This document shows positions 1 through 12,714 of a stretch of DNA of 64,000 nt, in pieces. The notes beneath the pieces are model-generated. The model was given only the letters and a program-made list of their open reading frames with translations, was not told the DNA's origin and ran no database searches. Within the stretch, counting starts at the first letter, position 1; every line of letters starts with the position of its first letter. The DNA lies in contig OU015569.1 in the NCBI GenBank assembly GCA_907165135.1, positions 248,001-312,000 on the forward strand, given 5' to 3'. Origin of the DNA: Oikopleura dioica (lineage: Eukaryota; Animalia; Chordata). The position numbers and the translations under genes are program-made.

Positions 1-33
1 AATTCACGAGTTAGATAGCATGGTTAGAGTAAG

Positions 34-186
34 CTGGGCTCGGCAACCTGTGTAGAAAGCCTGAGTCAGGGTCTGAAAATACTGAAATGAAAAGCCGCTA
101 ATACTACCATTACAATCTAGCAAAAATTCTGGCGAAGATCATTCAGAACCCTGACTCAGGTTTTCGAAACAGGCTGCCGAGCTCAG
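34..186. mobile_element. MITE family A (representative copy). About 30 full or partial copies across the window, e.g. 4398, 9465, 11073, 12946, 17072, 17602-18013, 25151, 28760, 29505, 34145, 36315, 38515, 39178, 39815, 42960, 45222, 45335, 46345, 47660, 48410, 49423, 49845
   Basis: Long TIRs CTGGGCTCGGCAACCTGTGTAGAAAACCTGAGTCAGG ... CCTGACTCAGGTTTTCTACACAGGTTGCCGAGCCCAG around a variable interior, about 85-300 bp in total. 8-bp TSDs are visible at 49837/49956 (exact), 49415/49590 (7/8) and 25143/25265 (7/8). Confidence 0.9.
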
Positions 187-198
187 GGTTTGATTTAC

Positions 199-1830
199 TT
201 GAGGTGGGCTTTTAGCAAAAGCAGTGCGACTTCTTTTTCCGTCCTTTTTCGCTGCCTCTTCTTCTTTTCTCCTTCCCCTTGGTAAAGAACTGCTACAGAT
301 GCTGGCTCCTAATTCGCCAGGAAAAGCAGCTGCTTTGGCCGTGATTGCGCTCAGATCGAGGAATTCGACGGTGCTCCTCTTCTCGGCTAGTAACGATCTC
401 TTGCGCGACTGAGAATTTGGAAAAGTGAAAAACGAATGAGTAGTTTTGGGCGGCGATTATACCTTGGGCGAGAACTGACGACAGAGCTTATCATTTTCAG
501 CTGAAAGCGCTTGTATAAACTCCATGATGGCATAACTCAAATTTTCGGGAAGCCGCTGGAATTCGCTCGCCAGTCGCTTTTGCCGCGCGTCCTTTTGGAC
601 AGTGCGTTCCAAAACTCGACCAGCCGGGTCCAACTTCTCAGCCACGGAAGACACAGTTCCGCGTCCCGTTCGTGGAGAAACAAACAGCTACTGTAGCTAT
701 CGACTTTCTCTGCCATCGTGCAAATCGGACAAAGGCTAAAATTCGACGATGAAAACTTTTTTTCAAGAAAGCTTTTCCCGGATTGACGGAAAGTCAACTT
801 TTGGGTAAAAACCGTGTTTTTAGCGAATTGACGGAAAATCGGTTTTTCGGGAAAAACATTATTTTTTACCGTTTTGGCGCGAGACACTCGGCAGATGGAA
901 GGATTTCCTTTTCTTCCAAATTTTCCAAAATCTGAGCAGTTTTTCGAGCTTCCACAAAACAGTGCGGGTGCTAAAAAAACTCAATTAAGATCTGATGTTT
1001 TCCACTTTTTGTTCAATACGTTTTGAGCTGCTCGATGAAGGGTTTAAAAAAGGAGAAAACGCTTTTTCTCTCTTTTTGTTGATTTCGCTTTTTGATGAGT
1101 TTTGGAAGCGGCAATTTTGGGCGGGAAAATCGAGAAACTCGCGGTACTCAAGTCGGATTCGCGCGAAAAGGCGGCGAAATGGAAGCTTCGGATTCGGACT
1201 TTTGGACGAGTCGAAAACTGTCTTTCACGGTTATTTAATTATTTTAGATTTCAGCGTTTTGTTTACAGAAAAAACCACCGCCTTGAGGTCGGCTTGAAAC
1301 GACTCAAAGATTACTCTGTTTTGGAAGAATAATTGCTCGTACGCTTTTTTAGTTTTTCAAGCAGCTAATTTTCAATAACTAAACTCTTTCTTAAATTGTC
1401 GATTCAATTAAATTAAAAAATAAATTTACTAATTAAATTTTAATAAAATAATAATAATAAATTAAATATTAAAAAAATAATATTATAAAAAAATGATAAT
1501 AATTTTAAATAATAATTTTTTAATAGGAAATTTTAAATAATTTAATCAATTTTTTAAAAAAAATTTTAAAAACTTCTCCTGTCGCAAAAAATTTATCCAT
1601 ATCAGCGTCAAATTGAAGAAGAAGCGATTTAATCGAGAGCTTGAGTCCCTGAACAGCATTTTGAATGGAGAGGCGCTGCTGCTCGAATTTGTCGAAAATC
1701 ACTTCGCTGATTTCAGCCACGAGCTGGTCCACTTCCGCCTGGGAACAGCAGATTTCCCCGGAACAGCTGAATTCGAGAAATAAATCAGTTAAATATTGTT
1801 TTTACCTGAGTTCGAAGTGCCGCGCTGCTG
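199..1830 (-). CDS. Uncharacterised multi-exon gene, runs off the left edge
   Basis: Two open phase-0 exons, 463-687 (KLDPAGRVLERTVQKDARQKRLASEFQ...FSPK) and 199-408 (SRKRSLLAEKR...KSPPQ), joined by a GT-AG intron and followed by a GTAAAT donor. A helical-looking exon at about 1580-1770 (EVDQLVAEISEVIFDKFEQQRLSIQNAV) may belong to it. No family recognised. Confidence 0.45.
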
Positions 1831-4062
1831 AAAAAATTATTTGACTTTTTAAAAATCAAAGTTGTTGAAGTTCATTTCGGAATTTTTATTTTTAAAGATT
1901 AAGTTACTTCAAGATTCTAGTTTGACTTTATTTTTTAGTTTCCTGTCGATAGTTTCTTATAGAAAAATTGGATTTTTAAATCATGGATGAGTTCAATTCA
2001 AAGATAAAAAGTTGTGAATTTTTCTAGAATCAAGATTCTAGATAATAATTTCTAGAACAATAAAATTTCATTTTTATAAAGGGGTTGAAAATTTGACCAT
2101 TTTATTGGTTAATAGGTGGACTAAGACCCTTTTACCAAATAATTGGTAAATACGCGCGAATAGGTTAATTTTTTAAAAATTTTAACCTCTTCGAATCAAT
2201 CTACCAATTTTTTGGAAAAAGTGATTTTTTGTTGTAAAATTTTCTAGAATCAAGATTCTAGAATCTAAAACAATAAAATTTCATTTTTATAGATTGTTTG
2301 AAAATTTCCTTCAATTTTTTTCATTCTCAGAGTAAAATAGATTCAGTTTTATTGAATTATTAAAGTCAAAATAAGAAAAATAGCTATAAAATTACAGAAA
2401 GTGATAATTCGGCAAAATCTGAATTTTGGATTCTAGTTTTTGCTCATCTTTATTTCCTAAATTATTAAAATTATCTTCAATTTGTTAATTTTTTGTAAAG
2501 TTTAAAAACGAGGCGTGATTTCGGCCAGGATTATCGCTAAGCCCCAATTTGAAACTTCTTTCCTCAAAAAGTAGAAAAGCGGCCCATTTCCTGACGCCGG
2601 AATCGGCTGCTTCCTACTCTGATGCTGCTCTCATTTTCTTGCCTGGTCTCTTTTCTAGAGCCAGGAACACGGGCTCAAAGTTGGCGCACCCTTCTGTTTT
2701 TGCTTCGCATTTTTCGCGGCGCTAGAATTTTATTTTTTAACGATCAAAATTGAACGATTTAAAAAACGGGTGCTTTGGGTTAAACTTGGGATTAGACACG
2801 CGCCGCAATGTGATTACTGATTAGCACGCGTATTTACGCCAATACACTGTTTTCCCTTTTTACCTGAAAGGCCCAAAAAGTGCCAATAAGCAAAAAGAAG
2901 AGCGAACGAAGAATCTCATGCTTCTTATCACCTCCGCGCGCTCTCTTTCTCTCGAGGAAAAATATAAAATGCGCGCTGAAAAAAGTACCTCGGGATCTCA
3001 GATCTGTCAAAGCCGCCTTCAATCATTTTTTGTCAGTTCCGAGCATTTCATTACCCTTTCCAATCTGTCCAATTCCTTCCCGTAATAAAATCGACAAACT
3101 ACTACTTTTTTTATTTATGAATTTAAAAATAATTATTATTTTTTTAATCTAATTAATTCAAAAAATATTTTAATTTTTGAATTATTAAAAATTATTACAA
3201 ATATATGATTTAAATTAATTAAATTCAAAATAAATTTTAAATAATTAATAGAAAATATTAATTATATTTAAAAACATATTCTAAATATTAATTATTAATT
3301 AAAAAATTTTTAAAATGATTTATTTTCGCGGCTTTGTTCTCGAAATTGCTCTAGAAAAATTGTTAGTAGCTTTTAGTTATTAAAAAATTTGTTCTAGAGA
3401 TTTTTGAATCTTCCGTTTCCTCCTTGATTTCAGTAAAATTTTCCGTTTCGACAACGATTTCTCAGAAGAAAATCAAAAACTTGAAGTCAAACCAAGTTTC
3501 CGAAGCGAAAATAGAATCAGTTCTCTCAACCCTTTCTTTTATGCAATTGGATGCGTTTTCTAGTTTGTTTGAACTTGTATTTGTAAATCAGGGTCAGTCG
3601 AGGTGAATCGCTTTTTACAGAAATTGAATATTTAGTTCTTTTGGACGCTGCGGCTTCTTTTTCTTTTATTTGGCAAGTTGTTCTTCTTTAGGCGACAACG
3701 GTGTCTTTTCTAATAAAAAGCCAGCTGGTTACTATTTTTTGATGAGAATTCGCAATTTTAAAATTTTAACCTCTTCGAGTCATTTTACCAATTTTTTGGA
3801 AAAAGTGATTTTTATTGGTCGATTCCAATCTTCGACCATTTTATTGGTTATAAGATGGGTTAAGAAAGCCCTTTTGCAAAATAATTGGTAAATACGCGCG
3901 AATAGGTTAAATTTAACAGTCATTTGTTACATGGCATAAAAATGACAACAGGAATCTTACTGCGTTGAAATTTGTGAGCTGCTAATCGGAGTAGGAATAA
4001 TCCGACTCAGAGTCAAAGCCCCTAAACGAGCGCGTTAATTTAGCAGTGCTACTTTACCATCG

Positions 4063-7000
4063 TCAGCTAGGCGACGGTTTGATGAAGTGAGGGTTAAATG
4101 GAGGTGGGTTATGGTAAGAGTGCGTTCGCCTGCCGCCGTACTCGTTATAGAACTGGCCGGAGCGGTTCATTCCCAGCGCCACTTCGTCGAAATACTCTTC
4201 TTGCTTCATTCGCCGGAACCACTTGTGCAGTTTCGCGCCGAAAATCATCGAAGGGATCAAAAATACTGAAACATAAAATCACAATCGAAAAAATTCATCG
4301 AAGTTACAGTGGGTAATCCTTAAATCGGCCCACTGGATTTTCAGCCAATAAGATAGCGGCATTCCTTTTGAGCCAATCAGAGCACAGAGTAGAGAAATGG
4401 GCTCGGCAACCTGAGTAAAAACCCTGAGTCAGGCTCTGGAAGAGCTAAAATGAAAAGAGTCTGACTCAGGTTCCCGAGTCCAGTTCTCTATTCTGTGCTC
4501 TGATTGGCCAAAAAAGGAATGCCGCTATCTGATTGGCTGAAAATCGTGTGCACCGATTTTAGGATTGTCCACTGTAATTCTCGCTCAAAAACGAAGGCTC
4601 ACCTGTCGCCCAAGCCAAAGAAAACCAAAAAGCATTTAACGAGTCGACAAAGTAGGAGCAGGCAATGTTCATGACATTTGTATAAATTCCGTAAATCGGT
4701 TGACACGCTCCGACGTTTTCCTCCACTTGGACTTTGAGCCAGGACGAGAAGGTTTGAATTCGGCCGGCGATGTCACTCGAGTATCTTCTCGCGATTTGAT
4801 TCAAGCTGAAACAGAGATGAATTTTAAAAATGGGTTTTTCGAAAAGTCACCTTTCGGGCGTGACTGTAATGAGAGTTTCGTTAACAATGCGGGCTTCTTC
4901 GATTAAAGCATCGAGCGAAGAGTCGACAGTTTCCGCCGTGTCCTTCAAATTGTCCAAATCGTTTTCCAGATCGGCGAGGGCACTTTCCAGCGGCTCGATT
5001 TGCGTTTGATACAGATTCAGAACATCGTAGCTGAACAAAAACAATAGAAAAAGACTGGGCGCCCTGGTTATGTCGCCAAATGTCGCTGAATGTCGCTGAA
5101 TGTCGCCGAAATGTCTTGACATTCAGCGACATTCAGGGACATTTGGCGACATTCAGCGACATTCGGCGACGTCACCAGTGTCGCCAAAGAAGAACAGGTC
5201 GAAATTTTTTCCCGAAACGAAACTCGCTTTGGCTAATAATATTCACCTGTGTTTTTGCAATTTAGCAACAGTAGTCGCTTTTTCGATATTTGTCATGGGC
5301 GAGGGGTTGTTTTCGATGTCGACAGATGTTTCATTCAGCATCCCAGCAAAGCTCTCAAGATCGATCGATGTGAGACCCTTATTTACTTCTTTCAAGTAAG
5401 TTGCGTAGTCGATATGTCTCCAGGAACCATCTAAGAATGAGTGATCACGAGTTGAAATCAAGGAAGAGAGACTCACTCTTCAACACTTCAATATTCGCTA
5501 TATCATCTTCGCTGAGAAATCCGTCGAGAGTTCCATTCAGCACAGCTCCTATTTGATCGAATTGCTCGTCCACTAGTTGGTTGTACTTTGTCAAGTTGAA
5601 GAGCTCGTCCAAGTCGAACATCTGGTCCAGCTCGAGCAATTTGTACAAACCCGTGTTGTTTTTACACATCCTGAAATTTGGGCCATTTAAGAGGGTTTTC
5701 AAGACCTGCACAGATACATACAATAAGGATGAGGACAAATCTAATGACGATATTGACGAGTTGCTGCTTATGCTGATATTCAAACTTGCGAGCTGTGAGA
5801 TGAACTAAGTTTTTTTAGTAAAAAATGAATGTGAAAAAAAGGAGATCTTCCCCCTTAAATTTTGATATAACGTAGCCCTGTATTCTTTGAGTGTTGGAAA
5901 TGACGACGTGACGTCGCAAATGAGTCATCTTTACGTTGTCACGTCGTCATTTTAAACACTTAAAGAATACAGGGGTACGTTTTATCAAAAGTTAAGGGGG
6001 TAAATGTGGCAAAATTTAACGACTCTGGTCGTGGGGACTCTGGTACGACAATTTTTGTTAAAAAAATGATGGAAAACAACAAGGAAGACGTGTTTTTTTC
6101 CTTACGAAAAATATTCAGTCGGCGACATGAACCCATTCTCGGTGGAATTTTCGAAAGTAAAATTGACTGGGCGGACAAGATCGAGGGGATAGTTGTATCC
6201 CATCGAGGCACCCAGGTCGTGCAAAAACTAGCCATAAATAAAACTAATCAAAGAAAGGATAGTTTACCTCCAGGCCGGTGAAATTGCCCTGAGAGTCCTC
6301 CTGCATCGTCTGGCAAAAGTACTTTTCTCCGTGGCCGCCTACAGTGAAGGCGATAATTGAGAGCATCATCAGAAGCCAGCCGAAAATGAAGCTGAAGCTG
6401 ACCGACATCATCAAGAAAATGCCGCCCAGATTCGACGCTGAAGATCTGTTTGTCGGCGTTGCCTCGCGTTTGTAGCCGCAAAAGCCGAGCATAATTCCCA
6501 GCGAGTTTGCGCCGACAACAAGCGCTACCATGCTGCCTATCGTCAAGCCGATAATGTTTCTGTACTTTTCCGCCTCTGGAATTTCGTTGGCAATGTCTTG
6601 CACCGTCTGCCGGTGCTCTTGCAGGTCGATTGTGTTGTTGACGTCGAGGTAGTCGTCTACTTGGTCAATCACGCGCTGGACGTCCTGGTCGACGCTTTCG
6701 AAGATGCCGCCAGGGCCGATGATGTCGTTGATCATGGAACTCGTGTAGCGGTCGATTGTGTTTGGAATGTCGTTGATTGCGTTTTCGCCGAGAATGATGA
6801 CATTTGTGAGGTTGTATCGCGCGAGAGCATCTTGCAGCTCTTTTATTTCCAACGACATATCGTCAAGCTAGAATTATTTTTAAATCAATGAGGAGAATCG
6901 GGGAGAGCTTGAAGCTAGAATTTTCATATTGCAAATGAATCATCTTTTTTTCACCAAAAGAAGAAGCGCACCATCTTATCTCTCTATATCGTTTTTCTCA

Positions 7001-8890
7001 AACACCAGAAAATCGATCTCACCGAGCATAAAACTCACTGTCTCAATGAAGGGGTAGTAGATGTACTTGAAAAAGTCGGCGACTTGTCGCAGCTCTGGGT
7101 AAATACTCGTCCAGAAACTTACCGACTGAAAGTCGCCGCCGAGCTGCAATTTGGCGGTGAATCCCTTGAGCATGCTGCACGCCGCGTTCTTGTCGCAATT
7201 GTCGAATGCCAGATCCGCTTCGATGCTGGTCTTGATTGTTTCCAGCGTCCCTTCGAAAGTCTTGACGCCGTTCGAAATCCTCGCCAAGTTTTGATCCACA
7301 GAAGAGAGCGTGCTCGTCACTCCGTCGAGGACGATCTGAAACTCGCCGAGTTCGCCGAATAAAGGGTTAAAACTCGCTCGCAGCTCCGTTTGAATCGGAT
7401 CGCCGAGGACGCTGCCGATGTTTTCCAGTTGAAGAGTCGTCAAGTTTTCGACGAATTTGTAGTTGTTGTAAATGTCGTCCATTTGCGTCTTTATTGAACC
7501 TTTTTCGAGATCAAAATCAGAATGTCACTGTTACTTTATTAATGATTTCCGATCTCTTTTCCTGTATATCCATAAATGTGATCAATATTCGCAAGAACAG
7601 CCGGTCCAGCTTCTTGAAGAACAGTTCCGATCCAATCATTCGTCAAAAAGATGAACACCATTGGAATAATGAGGATGGAATTGGTCAGCATCAGCGCGAG
7701 GAAATGAAATATTCGCCAGCCCGATTTGGCATCCTTGATGTCCTGGTATCTTCTTCCGCCGCAGTTGTTGCACAATCGACAGGAGCAGAAAATCAAACCG
7801 ACGATGGGCATAGAAATGACGAAAAGGAGACCGAAGGCGAGGCAGATCAGGTAGCCTGTTTCGAACTTGGCCACCTAAGAGAAATGAGTATTTTTCTACA
7901 ATTGATTTTTGAAGACATAGACGAGAAAAAATGACAATTTTTGTAAAAAAAGAGACATTTTTACGAGTAAAAGAGACGATTTTTAACCTTGAAGGCAAGA
8001 AAGAGTTTGGCAGGAAGTGTAGTATTGAATTGGTGCTCCTGATTCAAGTTAGTAAGGGAAGGTTTTTCAAGAAGATTTTGAGAAAGCGTACCTTTTGCCA
8101 GTTGTTAGAAACGTAGTCCAAATGATCGTCGACTTGGAGAGTAAGTAGCTCGAATAAGAAGTCTTCGATCGTTTCGAATGGCTGCCAAACCGCGTCGATA
8201 AAGGCGGTGTTCAACATGAACAGATGCCGCAAGGAGCGGGTATCGGGAAGCTGCAGCTCAACAGAAACATTGTAGGTGGCTAGATTGTCCAGCGTGTACG
8301 TTTCATTGCCGATGATTAGCTCGTAGCTGATGTTTTGCTGAAAATTTTGATTGGAAACGAATAGATAAGGGTGTGAACTATTCCTTGGTAAAAATAAAAT
8401 AAGGGTGTCAAAGCGTTAACTTAAGGAGAAAGGTCTCAATATATATGCTTGCGAATAATGATTTCGGTCGAAAAAGTAGATTTTTCTTCAAGATTTAAGA
8501 AAGGGATACCCTTTTTTCTTAATTAAGGGTGTGAACTATCCCTTGGTAAAAATGAAATATGGGTGTCAACGCGTTAATTAAAGGAGAAAAAGTCATAATT
8601 AAAAGCTTGCGAATGATGATTTAAGTCCAAAAATGGACTTTAAGAAAGGGATACCCTTATTTTCTTAATTTTATGGAAAGATGAAGCTCAAATCTATGAT
8701 CTTACTATTGAAATTTTGATCTGATACTTACAGGTAGAGTATTCTCTGCTGGATCATTGGACTCTTCTTCGGCATAGATCGAGAAGTCGTCATATTGTGC
8801 GTATAAGAAGAACTGAGCGAATCCACTGAGCAAGGAACTTGCGAATAGAAGGCGGGGAACATCGGTTAGACCATTCTGTGTGGCATTTAG
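4063..8890 (-). CDS. PROM1: Prominin (CD133 family) pentaspan glycoprotein, multi-exon
   Basis: Contains MPIVGLIFCSCRLCNNCGG, GFCGYKREATPTNRSSASNLGGIFLM and CQPIYGIYTNVMNIACSYFVDSLNAFWFSL, which match prominin motifs. GT-AG introns join in frame; stop at 4063. The initiator exon is not resolved. Confidence 0.9.
4307..4574. mobile_element. Tc1/mariner-type MITE with a family-A MITE at its centre, in the last prominin intron
   Basis: TA|CAGTGG...CCACTG|TA termini and about 90-bp inverted arms with CCAAT boxes. Degenerate family-A copy at 4398-4483. Confidence 0.75.
5064..5178. repeat. Foldback of 10-bp tandem units (TGTCGCYRAA) in a prominin intron
   Basis: About 4 units TGTCGCTGAA face about 5 units TTCAGCGACA, bounded by CTGGT/ACCAG. 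Confidence 0.8.
5850..6000. mobile_element. Palindromic MITE-like element in a prominin intron
   Basis: CCCCCTTAAATTTTGATA...TATCAAAAGTTAAGGGGG arms with internal pairing over most of the length. Confidence 0.7.
8385..8670. repeat. Tandem dimer of an approx. 160-bp unit in a prominin intron
   Basis: TAAGGGTGTGAACTAT...GGTAAAAAT...GGGTGTCAA...AAGAAAGGGATACCCTT occurs twice. It shares the AAATAAGGGTGTCA motif with the element at 34624. Confidence 0.75.
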
Positions 8891-9464
8891 TCTCTTAAAA
8901 AATTTTGTTGTTTGGGCATGCGTTGTGAGGGAAAGCTTGGTGAAGAAAAGGCGGCGGTGTTGAGGGGTCACAGCAGGGCGGCCACTGTTCTTACTGGCGT
9001 AAGTCAGCGATTAGCGGACACGAGTTAGGCACACAACCACCTGGGCACGTGACTGCTTCCCTTTCCGAAAGGATGAAAGAGTAGCTCGCTCTAGGGGCAA
9101 CTAATCGCTGCCGGCGGATTAATCGATCGAAAACAACAACGAAAATCTACCTACTTCCGATTTTTCGCCATGTGTTCTAAGCCGATAAAGGCCAGCTGCT
9201 CTTCTAGGTGACTTTTTCTTCTAGCTCTCTCCCTTCATTGCTCTGGAAAAAGGGGGAGCATCTCTCTTCCTCGCATCTGAAAGGGAAAAACGAGACCTCG
9301 CCGCCGGCGGATTACTCAGATCAGTAACAGTCCGTTCCACCTGACTGAGAGCGTACTACTCGATTGAGAATCTGGACCAGAACAAAATAGAATTCGCCAA
9401 TTCTCAAATTAACGCGCTTTTACTATTTAATCTACTGCTTTCAAGGAGCACTTAACTTCACCAA

Positions 9465-9750
9465 GTGCTCGGCAACCTGAGTAGAAAACCTGAGTCAGGG
9501 TTCTAAAGAGTAAAATGAAAAGCCGCGTAGCGGCTTTTAAACACGAGGCCGCAAAGCGGCTTCGCCAAACTTACCAACTCAATGAATATTTTTATGTAGC
9601 GAAGCCGCAAAGCGTTTAAAAAAGCCGCTACTTAAAAATATTCATTGAGTTGGTAGTTTGGCGAAGCCGCTTTGCGGCTTCGTATTTAAAAGCCGCTACG
9701 CGGCTTTTCATTTTACTCTTTAGAACCCTGACTCAGGTTGCCTCGAGCAG
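9465..9750. mobile_element. Long family-A MITE, near-perfect palindrome with internal AAGCCGC-N-GCGGCTT hairpins
   Basis: Arm-to-arm complementarity over about 130 bp. Confidence 0.9.
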
Positions 9751-11104
9751 ACTTTTGAGTCAAAAAGCGGAAGTCAGGATTTTGCTAGAATACTTACCGA
9801 GACTTGAAAATTTAGGCTTCAAAATTCACTCGGAAGTGCTAATCTCTCTTAAAAGGCTCCACTTGATCAAATAGTTTGAAGAGGACACTTTCTTTCTTTT
9901 TTCGTCTGAAAGGAAGAAAAATCTCGGGAATAAAACGGAGCAAGAATGAAAAGGAGGGGAACAGACTCCTGCCCTTTGGGGAGACAGGCTTTCGAGTTCC
10001 CGGTCGAGCGGCCAAGCTCAATAAAACTCAAAAGTCACCTGCTTCAAAAAGTGATGCTAGAAATCCTTGAATACTGCGCATTCAGATTTTTATACAAATA
10101 GATTGCTCCGTCGACAGAATCTTGTCCCTTTCTACTGATGCTGGAGACAACGAAGACTGAAGCCTGTGAAGAAACCTGAGTCAGGTTTTTCACACAGGTT
10201 GCGGAGCCTAGACTGAGGCTTAGTACTGTAACTGATTGATAGTAAATGCAATAAATGGCATTATTTGAAGATCGCGGTAAAATTCGGACGAATCGGACGG
10301 AGAACTGAAACTGATAATCGGAGTTTATTTTTGGGCTTCTCAAATATTAGGATAGCGCGCTGCCTCTCTTATGATGACCTCGATTTTGGGCGATTTAAAC
10401 GAACTCAGATCTGCAAAAAGCACCAAAAATGAAATGAAACAAAATAAAGAATAGCTGCTGTTACGTTGGGTGCAACTGTTTCAAGAAATCCTCGAGAAAT
10501 AAATATTTGATAAAATGGAATCAAGAGTAACATGTTTTTCCTGGCATTTCGTCCTACGTCGATGAACAATTTTACTGAAAAAATAACGATAAGCATTTCT
10601 GATAATAAAAAATATATCGATTTTGTAAATCATTTCCGAGTTGTTCTCTCGCAGGTCAGAACTAAAGACAGATTTCGCAGCGATAAGATTGATTCAAAGC
10701 AAAGATAAAATTTGCTGCTCACCCGCCGAGAGAGCGAAAGCGCCCTCTTTCGGTCGAAATCCGCATAAAATCACGGAATTTCGGCTTTAGAATCAATAAG
10801 CATAAATGATTTCAAAAAGATACAGAAGGTATCCATCGAGAAATTTCCCGACTAAACTGTGAAAACAAAAATCAAAAACTTTTTGATAAAATGAAGCACC
10901 TTCCTCTTCTTCGCTTGTTCAACTTCTTCGCTTCATCAACTTCAATGTTTTGAAAAAAGATAATAAATTCAAAAACCATATATTTTTTCTTCAATTCTTC
11001 AAAGTTTAATCAAAATCTAAAACTAAGTAGTAGTTTTTCTTAATTTCATTTTCCACGATGCATCTTGTGAAGTAAACCTGAGTCAGGGTTTAAAAGATCA
11101 TAAA

Positions 11105-11777
11105 TAGGGTCGACGACCAAAAAATAAACCCCTAAAACCCCTTCAGGTAACTGCCTAAATTTTTGGAACTATATGTATTTCGACCAACCTTAAAAATTTG
11201 TAATTGAAAATTTTTGGTATGATCACGTGATCACGTGATACGGACCCTCGAAAAGCTTGAAAAGCTTGCCAACCTCGATCCCCTGACCGCATGTGATCAT
11301 AATGTAGCTAACATGAAAAAGCATAAAAAGTTCTTCCTATAGAATCCAAAACATTTTTGGTGGCAAGATCTCATGAATCGCGAGAGGGAATTGAAGCGTC
11401 CAAAATGGCCCTTTTTGCAACGTATTTTGGCCTAAGTAACCCGTGAAACCTGGATTTTTACCTCAATTTTAGCTAGTTTTGAGTCCTTATATAGCTTCTA
11501 CTGTCTCCTGTAAAGACGGCACCAAGAATTTTTTTGGCTAAACCACTAGAACAAACCAAGACCTTTCTTTTTGGCCTAACGAGAAGATGATCCCATAAGG
11601 GGATCAAGCTCGGCAAGCTTTTCTAGCTTTTCGAGGGTCTGTAACCCGTGATCACGTGGTCAGACCAAAAAAATTTCAATAACAATTTTTTAGTTAGGCC
11701 TAAATACATATTGTCCCAAATTTTCAAGGCTTTACCACAAAGGGTTCTTGGGGTTGAATTTTTGCTCGTCGGCCCTA
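11105..11777. mobile_element. Non-autonomous hAT-like element (673 bp) inserted into a family-A MITE (about 11073-11952)
   Basis: Exact 8-bp TSD ATCATAAA (11097-11104 and 11778-11785), TAGGG...CCCTA termini, imperfect TIRs of about 180 bp, no transposase ORF. Confidence 0.85.
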
Positions 11778-12714
11778 ATCATAAATGAAAAGCCGCGTAG
11801 CGGCTTTTAAAAACGAAGCCGCAAAGCGGCTTCGCCAGAATTTAAAATTTGATTGAAAAATAAACTTTGCGAAGCCGCTTTGCGGCTTCGTTTAAAAAAG
11901 GCGCTACGTGGCTTTTCGTTTAAAATTATTTTGACCCTGACTAAGGTTTTCGAGCCGGGCGAAAAATTCGCCATTTTCCGGACGAAAAAATCAAAATTTC
12001 TGACTCCAATGAAAAATAAAACGCCCAACAAGAATCTACTGTATCAATTCACCAATAAATGCAACTTCTAGCGAAATCATGGTCGATTTCTTGGGAAATG
12101 TTCGAAAAAGAGCTCCACGTTGTAGTTTATGACGTCAGCAGCGCGGGCCAATTGGCGCGGGCGAATTTGAAAGAAAAAGAAGGAAAATCAAAATCGTCGT
12201 CGGAGTGAAACTCAAAATCCGGATCCGAGCAAACAACGCCTAATCCCTTTATTTTCGCTTTCATCTTTTTCGCTGCGCGAATTTTAGATTTTTTAATTTT
12301 ATCGATAATTTTTCATTTCAAAATTATTTTTATAAAGAGAAATTTTAAATTTTAGCTGCTAATAGTGTAATCGTATTATTTTCAAGCTTATTTATTTATT
12401 TCTTAAATATTTTATTAAAAAATTATAAATTTCCGCCAGAAAATATATTTTAGTTTGTTTATTTTCAAATATTTTTGAAGAAGGAAATTAATTTTGAGAA
12501 AGTCGGTCAATTTTAGTTGAAAAATGAAACTGTCGTAAAATTTTTTCACAAAAATGGCGAAAATGATCCCTTTTTTGATGTTTTTGTTTAACTAGAGTGG
12601 CCTGGGGGCGACTCCTTCCCGAGTTTTTAAACCCTACCGGGCTTAAGAAAAATACCAAAAACGACTCATTCTCTTGTTTTTTCCTAGAGTAAGAATTGAA
12701 TTGAATCTTTCAGA

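Noticed and set aside
210-245. KRSRTAF resembling a homeodomain N-terminal arm
   Set aside because: It is followed by AKSPPQ and a splice donor rather than helix 1, and the next exon is outside the window, so it cannot be supported.
1390-3325. A/T-only tracts at about 1400-1570 and 3115-3325 (also 43440-43485)
   Set aside because: Low-complexity intronic or intergenic sequence with no defined unit or termini.
10368-10410. ATGATGA as the C box of a C/D snoRNA
   Set aside because: No properly placed CTGA D box or terminal stem, and the second copy lacks the exact box.
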